The notes under the pieces were generated by a model that worked only from the letters and a program-made list of their open reading frames with translations, had not been told where the DNA came from and did no database searches. Position numbers and translations under genes: made by a program. Below, piece after piece: positions 1 to 14,400 of a DNA stretch of 64,000 bases. Position 1 is the stretch's first letter; the number at the start of each line of letters is the position of its first letter. Location: the NCBI GenBank assembly GCA_002633005.1, contig NMRA01000015.1, positions 551,239-615,238 on the forward strand. Reading direction: 5' to 3'. This DNA comes from Phoronis australis. Taxonomy: Eukaryota > Animalia > Phoronida.

Positions 1-2228
1 GCGACTAGATTGCAACAGAAGTAGGGCGCCACCTTGAGCCTCTCCGCATCCTGTGACAACTTCGTCAATTACTGTCTCAGTATTCACTACAGAAACAATT
101 GCTATGGTTGAGTAGATCAGTGAAAAACTCTCATCAAACCATTCTACTGGCAATTAGGAAAACACTACCTTCGTGTCTGACCCAGGAAGCATTTGTTTGC
201 ACAAGGTAAATTAAGTGAGCGAACTTAAGTGAGTAATTAATTAAAGGACAAAGGTGACAACAGATATTCAAGATGGCCAGGTGACTGGATAAACAACCAG
301 GAGGAAGGTTAGGGGTGGTCTGTGTTTGTCTTTTTGGTTTCTAATACAAATCAAATCCCCTTGATGCAACACTGAGTTCCTTTCGAATATTATGCTAATG
401 GTATTTGCTACATTGCTTCAGAACACAGTAGTTCCTAATACAAACTGAATACTTGTGTGCGTCAGTATCTGTTTGCCTTTGGCTGATTTCAAGTATTGTC
501 CACTGATGGACAGTTGAGTATCCAGGTCAAGTAGTACGTTTAAGTAACCACCAACAAACTAAAATCTTAACTACTTTCTACAAATGCTAATGTGCAGTCA
601 ACTGTTTTCTTCTACCACTCACTTTACAACTTGTTCATAAGATTATTGACTATACAGGCACTGAATTTTAAAATAAAATTGAAGTAAAATTACCTGAAAA
701 TTTTCAGTGTTATGTAATGATATGTAGTACGAAACATCCTACTGTTCACAAAATTTCAGTAATCCTACGTTCACTAAGTTTGGTTCAGTAAACAATACAA
801 GTAGAGTAACATGTAACTAATTTAGGACACAATACGGCCAACAAATCAAATTTCAATATTTTATCAACCTTTCCATGAAACATGTGTAGCACTTAATCGT
901 TACGCATGTTCAACTTATGTAGCACAGCTGCCATCAGACAAAGTTTTGACAAATACTGGCCATTCACAGCCATGTAAAAAGTCTTTGAAAATTGAAGAAG
1001 GTCATTTTTGATAATCATTTCGATCGAAATTGGTGAGATTTTAACATATTGTTGAAATTTCACTTGTTCCAAAAAGTCATGACTACACTTAATTTTAAAA
1101 TAAAATTGAATTAAAAGTACAAAAACGGTCATTGTTATGAAAATGAAATACCAATATCTGACAATTGTTCAATGCACCATGGCAGAGACCCTGTATACAT
1201 GGTTCAATTCCATAAAAAAACTTAAAAGCCTAATACTAACAATGTGGTGAAAGCATGATCGCCATGTTGACCTGAAGTGTTGGTGTCACACCAACACCTG
1301 GAAGACTTTGAGATCAGTGCCAGCTATTGGCAAATTGACATTAATTGGCTAACACGAACACTGACAGAAGCGTACAGCCATAACAATTTTATTTAAAAAA
1401 AAATATTGTTTTAATTGACATTTTTCATTCTTAAAATCTCATTAAGTTAACAATTTGACCATGTACACGATAACCACAGTACAATTCAAACTGTGTTTTA
1501 TTTAACAATCATCCTAAAAATCTCTTCTTAAATTACTTTTGTCAAAAATTTGCCAAAACCATATTGAAGAAAGATTAACTTGGAATGTATTTGGGTAATA
1601 GCCAATATGAACAATGAAAACATTTCAGTTCCGAGAATCAAACACTGCTCACATACCGTGTCTAATTTCTTACACACTTTAGTCATCACCACAACAATAG
1701 CTCAAAGATGAGAGATAGGAAATCAAACACACAGACATGTGTATTTTCACAGGGGAAAAATATCCATAAGTCATCATCATGAAAAGGTAACCAATTTTTC
1801 GAAATTCTTGTCTCTGTATTGATTACAAACAAAGCAGTGGGTCTTTGTCAGTTATTAACTTAAATATTTGCACAATCCACCACTAACAAGGCGAGCACTG
1901 AGGAAAAACAGTCCTGTTTCTTTAGCGACACCTATTGGTATCAGGACAAGGCTACTACACTTATCTTTCATCATACACTTGCAGTTTGTCATTCATTACT
2001 CAAACCATTAATTAGGTAAACCTACATTCTAATAGCTTGGCTATTCAAAAACTTGAACACACCTCAAGACGTCTATATGATTAGTAGTTCATATGTCAAA
2101 AGAACTTGAAAATGTTTAAGCACTAATGAAAAACACTGAAAACGCCCAAAACTGGAGAGATGTATATATCCGGAGACTAGACACTTATAATCAATGTGAA
2201 GTTGACAAGTCATCAATGTGAAACTCAC

Positions 2229-2496
2229 CGTAATCACACCCTTCTCCATCATCCTGCCGGGTGTGTCGTGAAGATCAGCAAACACCACAGCCACCTGGTG
2301 GTAGACTGAGTGAAGTGCGGTGTGCCTTTCATTCAACTTGGTCTCTAGAGCTGTTCGTTCAGCTGCCGGCAGATTCTTGTCGGCAAGTTGTTCAACCACG
2401 GCCACACATTCAGGATCCAACCGGTTCATGGCCTTGTAGAGGTCTTTGGCCCGAAACTTTATCTCAACTGTACCCTCTGGTTCAAGGACCCCTCCC
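2229..2496 (-). CDS. ACACA: ACC CT exon [15 protein letters not shown]...[18 protein letters not shown] (last exon seen in the window)
   Basis: Conserved motif; ACG|GTGAGT donor. Confidence 0.97.
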
Positions 2497-5400
2497 CTGG
2501 CAGAAGACAAGCAACAAAAAATGAAAGAATCAATCCCGTGTAAAGTAAAATCAAATATTATTACCGTTTGCCTCACAAGATCAACAATACATGACGTAAC
2601 TGCCTATCTTACCCAATCAGTGCAATGAGTCCACCTGAGCGGCCTGCACTAACCTGAGCGGCCTGTACACACCTGAGTGGCCTGCACACATCTGAGAGAA
2701 CATGTACCAGACCGTCTGCCATTAATTAAATTTTTTTGCCCATCTCAAGCATGTGAGAAAAAACAAAGTACATTTGAAGAGTGACTTCAATGACTACACT
2801 AAGATACATAAAAATTTCAATATCCATAAATTACTGAAATAGAATTTACTGTTGTCTAGTTTTGAATCAGTCAATAAATGTGCAACTTCAAACTACAAGG
2901 CTTGGAATTTTCCGCGGAAATGCGGATTTCCGCTTTTTTCAAATGTTCTGTCCGCGCATTATATTATATTTCCGCGTAAAAAAAAATCGGATTTGATATA
3001 AAATTTCCGTGGCAAATTCCTTTCTTACCGCGGCGTTGCCGACGACGTTCACCTCGAAAAGCGGAAGTTGCTCTTTATGTTTCGGAGGAACGTAAATTGT
3101 CAACATTGCCGGGGCATCTGGGATAGCGTGGTGGGATTTTCAATGGCGTCTCGTGTGATTGTAAACCGCGGTGACAAATACTACGGCTCTGCAGCCAAAA
3201 ATGTGTGTGTGGGAGTGGACGGTCTAAAAAGACACGCATGCTACTGATGGCGGCAATGTTTTTTTTTAGTCCTCCCGACTTTTGTCGGCGAAAGGTTCAC
3301 ATCGACTATTTCAAGGCTGGGTGGCGTTTTGGGCCGTAAAAGTTTCCGCGTTTTTGTCATTGGTCATTCCAAGCCCTGAAACTAAGATAGAACAGGTTTG
3401 GGGTGGTTTGCCTACAATAACAGAACGGATTTGGCCTGTTTTGTCTACAATAACACAGACCATTCTATAATCTGGTTGTAAGTACAATGAGGGAAAATTA
3501 TTAATTATGTGTTAATTGTATAAGAACTTGAATCATTTCCTCTGACAAATTCTAAATCCAAATATTAACGATCGCCAGTGAGCTACATCCATGTTCAAAT
3601 TTATTAGTTGCAAGACAAAAAGAATCAAAGAGAGAGTTGTGTATGGATGTATAAACAGCTAAAAACCCGGTTACTTCGAGGACCCCTGCTTCGGACCTTC
3701 AAATTGGACCCATTTTAACACCGCCTCCTACCTGCTCTCTCGGTCAGCGTACATCTCCATGTAGCGAGGGTTGATGCTGGGGTCAACGACAACCCACGCT
3801 CCCCCACGCAGTTCGGCATGAGGGGGAATGTAGACCAGCACAGGTTGGCGGTACTCACAGAGGGAGTCGACGATCATGGAGCCAAACTTGAGCACCTGGT
3901 CATACATGTCTGCCGAAAAAAAACGAACGTTTTCATGATTCTCAAGACACGTGATGAGATACATGCAAACTACATCAGTCATGAACACCCATCAGTCATG
4001 AACACCCATCAGTCATGAACACCCATCAGTCATGAACACCCATCAGTCATGAACACCCATCAGTCATGAACACCCATCCAATTTTGTCAGTCACAGTGAA
4101 ACATAGAAGAAAAAATATAAAAAATTAACAAAAAAACAGTGATACATATTTTCCAACTAATTCTACTTCCTCATTACAGACCACAAGTATTCCACCAGTT
4201 TTCTACAGTATAACTGACATTTTTCATTGAGATTATCAACTTTGTAAATTAAGCTTTAGTACTTACTAAATGATCATTGCCAAACTAATGTATAAACTCA
4301 CAACACAACTGGAAAAATGAGCGTTTATTATTCAAGAAACACAATGCCCAACCACTTCAATATGGTACAGACTTTTCCACTTCTCTGAAAATTGCATGAG
4401 GTCAAAGGCCAAACAACTAGAATTCTGAACTCAAGGTCATTTTAATGTAGAAAATAATATAAACTGCTCATGCCATGCCAGTTGCAGACAACATATTGGC
4501 AAAAGCAATAAAAGGAGCCTTAACAAACCAAGTATAATTTGTGAATACATATATAAGACCAACAGAGAGTGACCTGAAAATTTTTCTAATATTAATAAGG
4601 AACATCTTGCACTATAATCATGGTGAATGGTAGAAATCAAAAGTTGTTTTCATATAAAAGGCAGACACACAGGCTAAACTGTGATTAGCGGAAAATTAAT
4701 GATTGTGAGCAAAGAAAATATTTGTCAACGTTCTGTGTACTCTCAATACCACTAGAGAATTTTACATACCATCCATGCCACAGGAGAATTCTGTGTACCC
4801 TTCATACCACCAGAGAATTCTATGTACCCTTCATACCACAAGATAATTCTGAGTACCCTCCATACCACCAGAGATTTCTGTGCCCTCCACACCACCAGAG
4901 AATTCTGTGTACCCTCCATGCCACCAGAGATTTCTGTGTACCCTCCATGCCACCAGGAAATTCTAATAGTATGTACCTTTCATTCCACCAGAGAATTCTA
5001 CGTACCCTTCATGCCACCAGAGAAGCCTCGCCAGTTGGCCAGGATCATCAATGGTAGCTGCTCTCTACAAAAGTCTTTGATGGCTGTGGCCGTCTTGTAG
5101 GCAGAGTCAGGGAACCACACCTGACCAGCCTGCTGAATTAACTGTAGAGACAAGACAAAGGTTAAGTTGAACAAACCGTTAAATTACACTAAAAATCTAC
5201 TGGGAAACAATGTGGTAGAAAAGTGGAAATTCACAATTATACAATGTGGCAACAAAAATAGTTAAGATTTCAGATTGTTTTTAGCCAAGCATGGTCTCTA
5301 CAATACAGCTGCTATGCAAATCACTATCAAAAAGTTTTCCCCAATCATTGTTGCAATCATTTTAATATTAATTCAGTTAAAATGTTTTACTGTTGAACAT

Positions 5401-8400
5401 TCAGTTAGAATGCTGACACCAAGAAACTTAACACACTGGCTGTGGTGCGATATGAAAATCTTCACTCGCCTCATTTTACTTGTAAGTGAGTTTACTGACC
5501 TATCCTCTTGAAAACTTGGATCAATTCTACCTGCACAACAGAGTGAATTTGGGATGCGACTATGTCATGCTAAACAATGACCAGTGTTGGATGAACACAT
5601 GAATCCAAAGTAGACCTTTCATGAAATGTGCAGCAAACACAACCCACACATTTCTCCCTTTACTGCATGTGAAGTTCCTTTCACTAGAAGAAACAGTTAT
5701 TGTAGAGTTCAAATCTAGTCTTACTTTGGTCTCCGAGTCCAAATTCGCTGGATCGGCAGGATTCACCATCTCCATAGCCCGCGTCTCCACGACGATGACC
5801 CCTAGAGGGATGCCACCGAGACGAGCTCGTCCGCACACAACCGTCTGCGCCCATGGTTTCATAATCTCCTGCCAGGAGCCCTTGTCAAAGAGACCCATTT
5901 GCCACACGTCAGGGACATCTAGAGAGAAACAATTCTATTGATTTTACTTCACATACATACAATGAGAAAATGTGTAACTCAGAAATCAAATATTAAAATT
6001 TGTGCGAAAACAACGCACAAATGATGATTGTAATCTTCATACATATAACAAGAGCAACACGGAGCGTTTATATGCGCTAAAGACAACAACGCAAATGGTG
6101 TGCTTCTGATGGTGGTTTTAGAATTATCATAAAATTGGACATTCGCTGGCGCAAAATATGTCAAACCTGTTCAAAATTGGGGAAGTGCCATTATTTTTCT
6201 ATTACAAAACTATTTGTCAAATTTGATGAAAATCTACCTATGAAGGAACTCCAAAATATGAAAAGACAAACTGTCATTAGAAACCCAGCGGTAGTAGAAT
6301 CCATTCATTTGATGTCAAGTAAACAGGGATAGACTTGTGACCTTACAAGGGGTTTAATAGATATGGCCGCATATGTGAAAATTATGTCACTAGGGGGCAC
6401 CACACTTAAGCTGGACCTATCTAAAAATCCACATCAGTCATGCTCATGTCAGTAGGAACACACCTGCCAATTTGCTAATGGTCTTCTGAGCCGTTTGGTC
6501 GATACAGAAGCAAACAGCAAAAAAACAGACTAAAAAATAATTGACATGGCCACTAGGTGGCACAAATTACGTTCCATCCATCGCAAATTGGAAAGTACTG
6601 TCATCTTCATAACAGAAACTTGTTTCCAAATTTCATGAAAGAAACATCACGGAGCTCAGATTTAGAGGCAAAAGTAAAAAATATAATAGGTCATACACTT
6701 AAGTCAAACTTAAGATCTCCTTCTCGAATTGGTTTTGAGACAAATCTAACTTTTAAATTTACTAAAATTTAAGATTTGTCTTAGCTAAGTCAGTTTTGTT
6801 GGAATGGGCCCCTATCTGCCAAATTTCAGAAAAATCCATCAATGACCTCCAAAGATACTGAGGAAAACGGACGAAAATTAAAACTGCAACTAGAGGCCAC
6901 AACTGTAGTCGGACTGATCTGAAAAACGTAGTCATCCGTTATCATCTCCATAAAAACATATGTGCCACATTTCACAAAGATCATCCAAAGAGTTCAGGAG
7001 AGACAATCGTAGACACAAAAAACATTAATGAAATTGCCACTAGGGGTCGACACAGCAGTCGAACCCGCCCGAAAATCAGTGTCAGCTGTCATCTTCTAAT
7101 CAGGAAAACATTTGTCAAATTTCATAATGATCCTTTGAACAGTTTGGCGGATAGGAAGGCGAACGTCAAAAATGCACTCAAATGTTTTTAAATTGCCACC
7201 TGGTGGCACACAATACAGGAAGGTGTGATCACCTCTTAAACAGAAACCCATTTGCTACATTTCACGCAAATCCATTAACTTAAGGAACTCCAAAAATACA
7301 GAGGCAAATGTAAAAAAACAAAATTGCCACTAAAAGGCAGAGCGGTACTCAAATTGGTCCGAAACTTGTAGTCGTCTGTCGTCAGCTTCATAGAAATACA
7401 TCTGTCAAATCTCATTGCGATCCTGCAAGGGGTTTAGGAGATACAGCCGCAGACGCTGGATGCCCAGACAGAGATAATGGCAATATGCACCCATCTAATT
7501 ATAAATATGTGGGCGCATAAAAACTATTACGGTAAAGTCGCGTGATTTTCGGACGGCCCGCCATTTTCGACCAAGAATAAATATTTCCGAAATGAGTTTT
7601 TCATAATCCACGAAATTCGTACAAGGTCCAAAAACTGTTTTATAATGATCTTCGAACTTCGGACAATGTCATAAACGTCGGATTTTTGCCCCGCGACTTT
7701 CGGACAAGGAAAATTTTAGAAACGCTAATTTGGGATCGACGCAACTCCCGTGTCACTAAAGCGTTCAACGGATGATTACTACTCTATAAGGCATGAATCT
7801 GAGAATTGGTGTAACGGGCTTTGTAATTTTTACCTTGTCTCGACGATGCCATGACCGTTACTCGATTGTCTTGCGTTTAGCTTGTGTTTGGCGCTTTAGC
7901 TATGGAAAGAGTCACCGAGTCCCGCATGACGAAAATTTCTGATGAAAATACAAATGGGAAATTCACCGAAGGCTGCAGTTTTTCGTTGTAGCGTAACATG
8001 TGCTCTGGTTTAATTAGACCGTGTTGTTCGACTTCGGACTGTGACATTGAACTTGCACGCCTGACATCAACTTGCGTGTTACGAAACGTTTTTATTTTTA
8101 AAACGTCTTGGCCTTTGCAAATGCCCTTGTTAGTGGCTAAAATCTCCGGCGACGTGTCCCGATTTTATTCTTGACGTGATGAGAAATATTTTTTGCTTAA
8201 GCCCCCATTCACAATAGGCCACTAGCGGAAACCCAAATTTGGAGGTCCGCTAAATTCGGACACCACAAAATGATATTTCGCGAGATTCGTCCAAGAATGA
8301 ATTTTTTCTATTGGAATTAATTTTCAGTGTCCGAAAATCACGCGACTTTACCGTACTCAGCGACCTAGTATTAAAGCAAAGATACACGCTAAAGAGGACA

Positions 8401-11400
8401 AGAGTTCAATTCTTTACTAGCTACTATAAACCATGTGCTGGTGTTCAGTATTCTACACTTTTTTCATCAGGTGTGTTTGGCCTTCTAAAGCAATGTTATT
8501 GTCATTCTTTTCATTTGAATTGAAATTAAGTGCAATAAATTAACTGCAGAAATTCCCCAATGGCTACATTGCCTTGGCATCTCAAACTCGCCGTTATAAA
8601 CAATGTAATGTGCCTCGTCTGAGGCCTGTTTGTGGACGTGATTATTAGCTTTTGTCTTTTGACTTTGGCGAAAAGTCAGAAATCTGACTACAAATAGTCA
8701 CCAGTTGATTCTCAAACCATTTCGTTTTCTGTTCAAAAAATAATTGCAGGCAGTCTGATACACGCTGTAACAGACATGCACATGGCGCTCAGGTGGGCCC
8801 AATGCACTCATCAACTGGAACCATTCTCATACTTTTTAGTTAAAACAAAGCCAAGGAGCTAGCAACCTGACTCAAGGGTCTATAGCAGTGTGGCCCAGTT
8901 AGGCTTGGACTCAAGGGTCTATAGCAGTGTGGCCCAGTTAGGCTTGAAAGCACCTCGAGCACAGAAAGTGGCCACTTATCCCCCTACACTGTCTTTTCTG
9001 TCTTCTGTAAAGTCAAACAGACCATGGAACTCCTGTCTTTTGACTTGGAGTTGTAGACAAATTTTCTGACTTTCAGCCTCAGGTTACTTTTGTGAAATAA
9101 GCTAAGCCATCTGTAGATGGAACTCAAACGACCAAGGCCAAGTCTCATTGAGAAACATTATAAGCACTAATAGTCTGGCAGTTTGTAAACTTAGAAATCA
9201 CATCTAATCTGAGTATGGAACGAGACTGAGAGCGACTTTATTAATTTAGTAAGTTAAGTGGCCCAAATCAAAAATTAGTTTTTGCACAAGGTGTGATTTT
9301 GTTGGCACTATAAAATATTAAGAAAGCTGAAAAAAGAAATTAACAAACCTGGATCTTGTCTGCCTGTTATGAGAAACCTAGGGTCATAGGGTGCTTTGGT
9401 GGGGGTAAAGGTCACATCCCGGTCAACTGGGTCCAGGCTGGGAGCAGTTATGGCCAGTGGTCCATCTTTGTGCTAGAAATCAAAACCACAGACCACAAGA
9501 GCTAAAAATGAGTACAAACTACTAAACTAACTAAGAACTAACTAATTCTGAAAGCCAAGTAAGACAGAGTACACCATGCAACTGATTGGTTTGAGTTAGA
9601 ACTAACTGGCTTGTCATTTTAAGAAAAACCATTGTGGCCGGAAATGGTTTGGCAACTGAACACTAGGTGGAGATGCTAGATTGTACAAGGAAACCTAAAA
9701 ACCTAAATTACAAAAAATATGACAATTCATCACACATCGGAAACTAAAGGGTGACACAAATCCTTTTTCTAACATGAGTTGAAAAAAAAAGCACAGTTAA
9801 AAGCCCATTTTCGGCAAAATCCTGATTTTTCAATCTAACTTCAAATTTAGAAAGCAAGCTGAGATGAAACGAGTAATCCATGGACAACATGTGACTAGGC
9901 TTGTGACTGGTCAACAAACTTTACTGGAGATTCAACTTGAAAACTGGCCAACTGTGTGGCGTGCTTCCAGTTTCCTGCAATGTGATTGGCTGATTCAACT
10001 CGAGTAAAATCTGGTGGACACAGCCTTCACTCAGAAACGCTTCAGTGCAACAATTGTAAAGAGACCACTTAGTGGCAACAGTGGAACAAGTTGTAACTGA
10101 CCTTAGGAATGTAGGTGGCAACAGAGGGACAAATTGTAACTGACCTTAGGAATGTAGGAGAGCCACTTGAGCACCTTGTAGACACCACTGAAGTCATCGG
10201 GCGCCACCTGGTGAGATACACCATTGTGGTGCATAATCTGGATACCACCCAGCTGGTTATTACTGGTGTATACCTCACGGCCCAGCACCTATAACATACA
10301 AACAGCACATTTTATCAAAAGCCACAGGATCTCTCTAATTCTAGGCAAAAATACATCCAAGAATTTCGACTTTTCATTTTAAAAAAACTTCAAATACTTC
10401 AGTTGTAAATGAACACAATTGTTTAATATTTCCCGATAACTATCGTTCAAAACTTGGAAATGGCATTACAATTTGGTACTGCGTATTGATTAAAAAATCA
10501 GAAAATAAAATTTCATGTGTTTGCAATATTTTCTCCAAAACAAAATTTTTTTATTATATTTCCCCAAAAATAATTAACAAAATGGCCTTTCCTCTATTTC
10601 CCAAAGGCTCGCCACAACTATACGATCGTACAGAGCAACTCATAACAATATATTAGTAAACATTTCCTCGATATTTATTTTTGGTGAGAAGTAAAACAAT
10701 AATCTAATCTTTCTTGTTTGCCATCCTGTTTGTGTGAAACAGGCTTAACATGGTGAGATTTTCACAAACAAGCAGTTCAAGAAAGCAACTGAATGCCTGG
10801 TCTTTGCTGTCAGATTGTAAAATATTGGAAACTGAGCGCACAACTATGTGAGTTCTTTCTACCAGAGGAAATGAACTTTTAATTAAAGGTTTATGCATTT
10901 CTCAGAAATATGATGTAACTTTATTACCTTATTGAGTGCCCCAGCTCCGGTCAATATGATGTGTGAGTTCTCCACCTGAATCACTCGCTGACCAAGGCGC
11001 ACCAGGTAAGCACCGATACCGACTGACCGACACGTCACCTGTCAATCAAAACACTGACAAAAGTAATGAACACAAGGATACAAACTGAATCGAAACATCA
11101 GGCGCCGCCTATGTGTTGGCACCACCACCAAGTATCACCACAGCACCATCAACGGGTAGGCATCACCAAGTACTACCACAGTGCCACCGATGGATAGGCA
11201 CCACCATTGAGTAACATCACAGCACGGACATGTGACTGTGTCATTACTTCAAACATTCCCACTAGAGGGGGCAACATTAATTAACCTGAATTTTCCACAG
11301 GGGGCATAGTGCTAGATTTTTATGTACTATGTCGGTGAATAAAAACCCTCGTCCTTGTAAACTAAATGGAAATATGTAATTATCAGTTTTTACAGTACAG

Positions 11401-14400
11401 GACAATTTATGCTGGAGATCACTCATTAAAAAATTAATATAAATTATTATCACAGATCCATCTCAGTGATACTCAAGTAGCACAATGTTGAAGAAAAAGC
11501 CAAAGTACGATTAGAAAACATGCTAAGGAATTACTGTATATCAAGGAGTCATTGGCCATTCAGGATCAGCATGCTACTGATTCTCTCAATAACATGCAGA
11601 GTTCAGTGACCCTGCAACTATGGTGATGACCTACTTACGTTTCCCTGTATCTCTCACTCTCATTCCACCACATGGATGTGACTTGAAAGAATATCGACAC
11701 TTGTTGTCCTACTGTACATATCTTGATGATGTCTTGTTGAATAAGACAAAACATTGAGTTAACAAAATACTTCTTTATTTGTGCGGCAATTGTCCGTTTT
11801 CTAAATAAATCTATCTTTTAGTGTTACCAATAATTTGGACTTACCAAACTAATTGTAGGTATTTCATTGTAGGCCAGCGATGTTTCCCCAGCAATCATGC
11901 CTGACCCCTTCAGGTTTTCAACACCAAGACCTTCTTCAAATCCTAACAACAAATTAAACAAGGGAGAATTGATCACCCTAAAGAATAAAGACAAGTAACA
12001 AGAAATCTTTTAAAGACTATAAAGGTGATGTAGAACTTTATCAACAAATCTGTCAAACCAACTATCTTAAAAGCTATGGAATTTAACACAGAAAAAATAA
12101 CAACTTCAGACACCTGTAGAATTTGACTTTTTATCAATCTGCTAGTAACTGGGTCACGTGACCATGTCTTTCCATTAGAATTTTACAAAAAAGAAAAGTA
12201 CATTGATAGTAAGACAATAACATAACCAAATTTGCTGTAGTGAGGATAAAACCTCAAAAATGTTACAGTTTTCTAAATTTTTTATTTTTGTTTTATCCAA
12301 CTATTGATTTTTTATGAAAATCATAGAACTCCTATTCCTGATAGCAATTCATGCAAAAGTGAACATTTAATACATTACAATGCCTAACAATGTCTTGGAA
12401 AAAAGTACGTGCAGCATAGTTATCTGAAACTTTCATCTGAATCTGATCTGCCATTTCAAAGATGTTCCATAGTTAGTCGAATTTGGACATTTTTCTAGGA
12501 TGCTACAAACTTTTCATAAATCCAGTGATGAAACATCCACACAAATGGTAAATATGTTAATGTCATGGAGTTAGGAAAAGAAGTTCAAGCAAAATAGCCA
12601 AGATCTAGCAATTAGCAAATGACCACCGTATGGTGGAAATGAACTTGATGTTTTGGTACCATGGGAAGATAAGTATACGTCTGGGAAATTGTCTTTCTCA
12701 GGAAACATGAGTTTTGATCAATCATTTTCACAAAACACAATATACCTTAAAGAAGAAGTCATTCCAAACCACATTCTCCCAAGGCGTGTGGCAAGGTGAT
12801 TGTTATATAACTGTTTAAAACAAAGATTACTGTTTTACAGTCAACCCACCTATTATGTCCAGAATCTTGTAGCGTGCTTCATCTCCGTCTTCAATAAGCT
12901 CCGCCCTCACTGAGTTCATGGTGCTCACCTTCTTGAAGTCCTCCGGAGTCAGATACAGGTACTTAAAGCCCTATGGGATAATGAAACAGATCACTGCATA
13001 GTTACATAAATTATACTTAGGTTTAAGAACAACTGCCTAAATTCTAATGTGGGCCACGCCTAGACTTATTTTTCAGAATTACCTGTAAAAACGATAACCG
13101 TACTTTCGATCAACACCATGTGAACGCCACAAATAAAACAGATTTGGGCAATTTCCCCATTTCATTTGAGCAAGTAGGCAGTTGTAAAAATCATTTTGAT
13201 GGGAGGTAATCAACTTCAACTTCTCTTGCAGCTCCAAGGCAAATAAAAATGACTGTTCAACCCAAGTAGCACATATTTCTATCAGAACTTTGGGCTCGCA
13301 CATGTTGCAAGACCAATACAATAATTTGACACTGACCAGCTGCAGTCACCGGGAATTTGAAACAAATCAACTATGAACAGAATAACAAAATGAAACTTAC
13401 TCTTAGTAATTCTTTACATATTCCGCACTACAATATTTCTCAAACAGCTGATTACTTTGCAAAAAAATTAAGAAAACTTGCCAAATATTGTTTAATGACA
13501 TCTAAACAGTAAAAAGCAAGCTATCAATAGACTCACATCGTCTTTGCCTTTTATTTCGAAATTTTCCAAAACAAAATTTCTCTTGTCCAACTTAATGTGC
13601 GAAGAAAAACTGTTACTAGGTATTCCCTTAGAGTATAGTACTTCAGACACTAACAAAGTGGAGCTGAACTTTAAATGTCTGTTTCTATGGCGACTGCATC
13701 AAACAACAAACCTTGTCTGGATCCTTAACATCCTCCCAGGCCACACGGAATAAATGTTTCACTTCCTCTGCCAGACCGATGCGCGCACCACTATTGGCTG
13801 ATATGTAAACACGAGGGATGCCGAGGGTACGTGACAAGGCTGAGGCTCTCTAGTTAGGAACAAAACGAATATTACCTTTTTACTGATTTTGTCCAAAAGC
13901 ACGCTTTCTTGAATTATATCAAATATTTGACTGTTGGTGACAAAAAAAATCTCATGTTGCAATTGACTTACTCTATAGCTAACCCTGAATGACATATAAA
14001 GATTGAGATAAAAATACTGAAAACAGAGATGACTGATTATGTAATATGCACTGATTATGTAATATACACTGATTATGTAATATGCACTGTTTACCAATTG
14101 CCATAGGTAAGTTGACATTGCTTGTGCCAATCTAATATCCCAACTACAGATTGAATCTTAATCAGAACAAGAGTTTGCAAGATCTATGTAACAGATACTG
14201 AATCAAGAGGCAAATGGAACAGCAATAAGTCACTCTTCTCAACACATTTGGATGACCTTGTCAATTTTGTTTTTAATGAGCTGCCAACTGTCCACACCAT
14301 GATACTTAACAAATACTGCATGGAAACAGCAAAGCTTAAGAAGGAAAACCTGGGAAAACACAAAAATAAAACACCAAAACAGAAACACAGGACACAGTAG

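Noticed and set aside
1-86. Acceptor-like TTTCTGTAG followed by an open frame (NTETVIDEVV...)
   Set aside because: Wrong phase for the preceding ACC exon (phase 0 gives an immediate TGA), no match to the expected FFYWRLRR segment, and cut off by the window edge.
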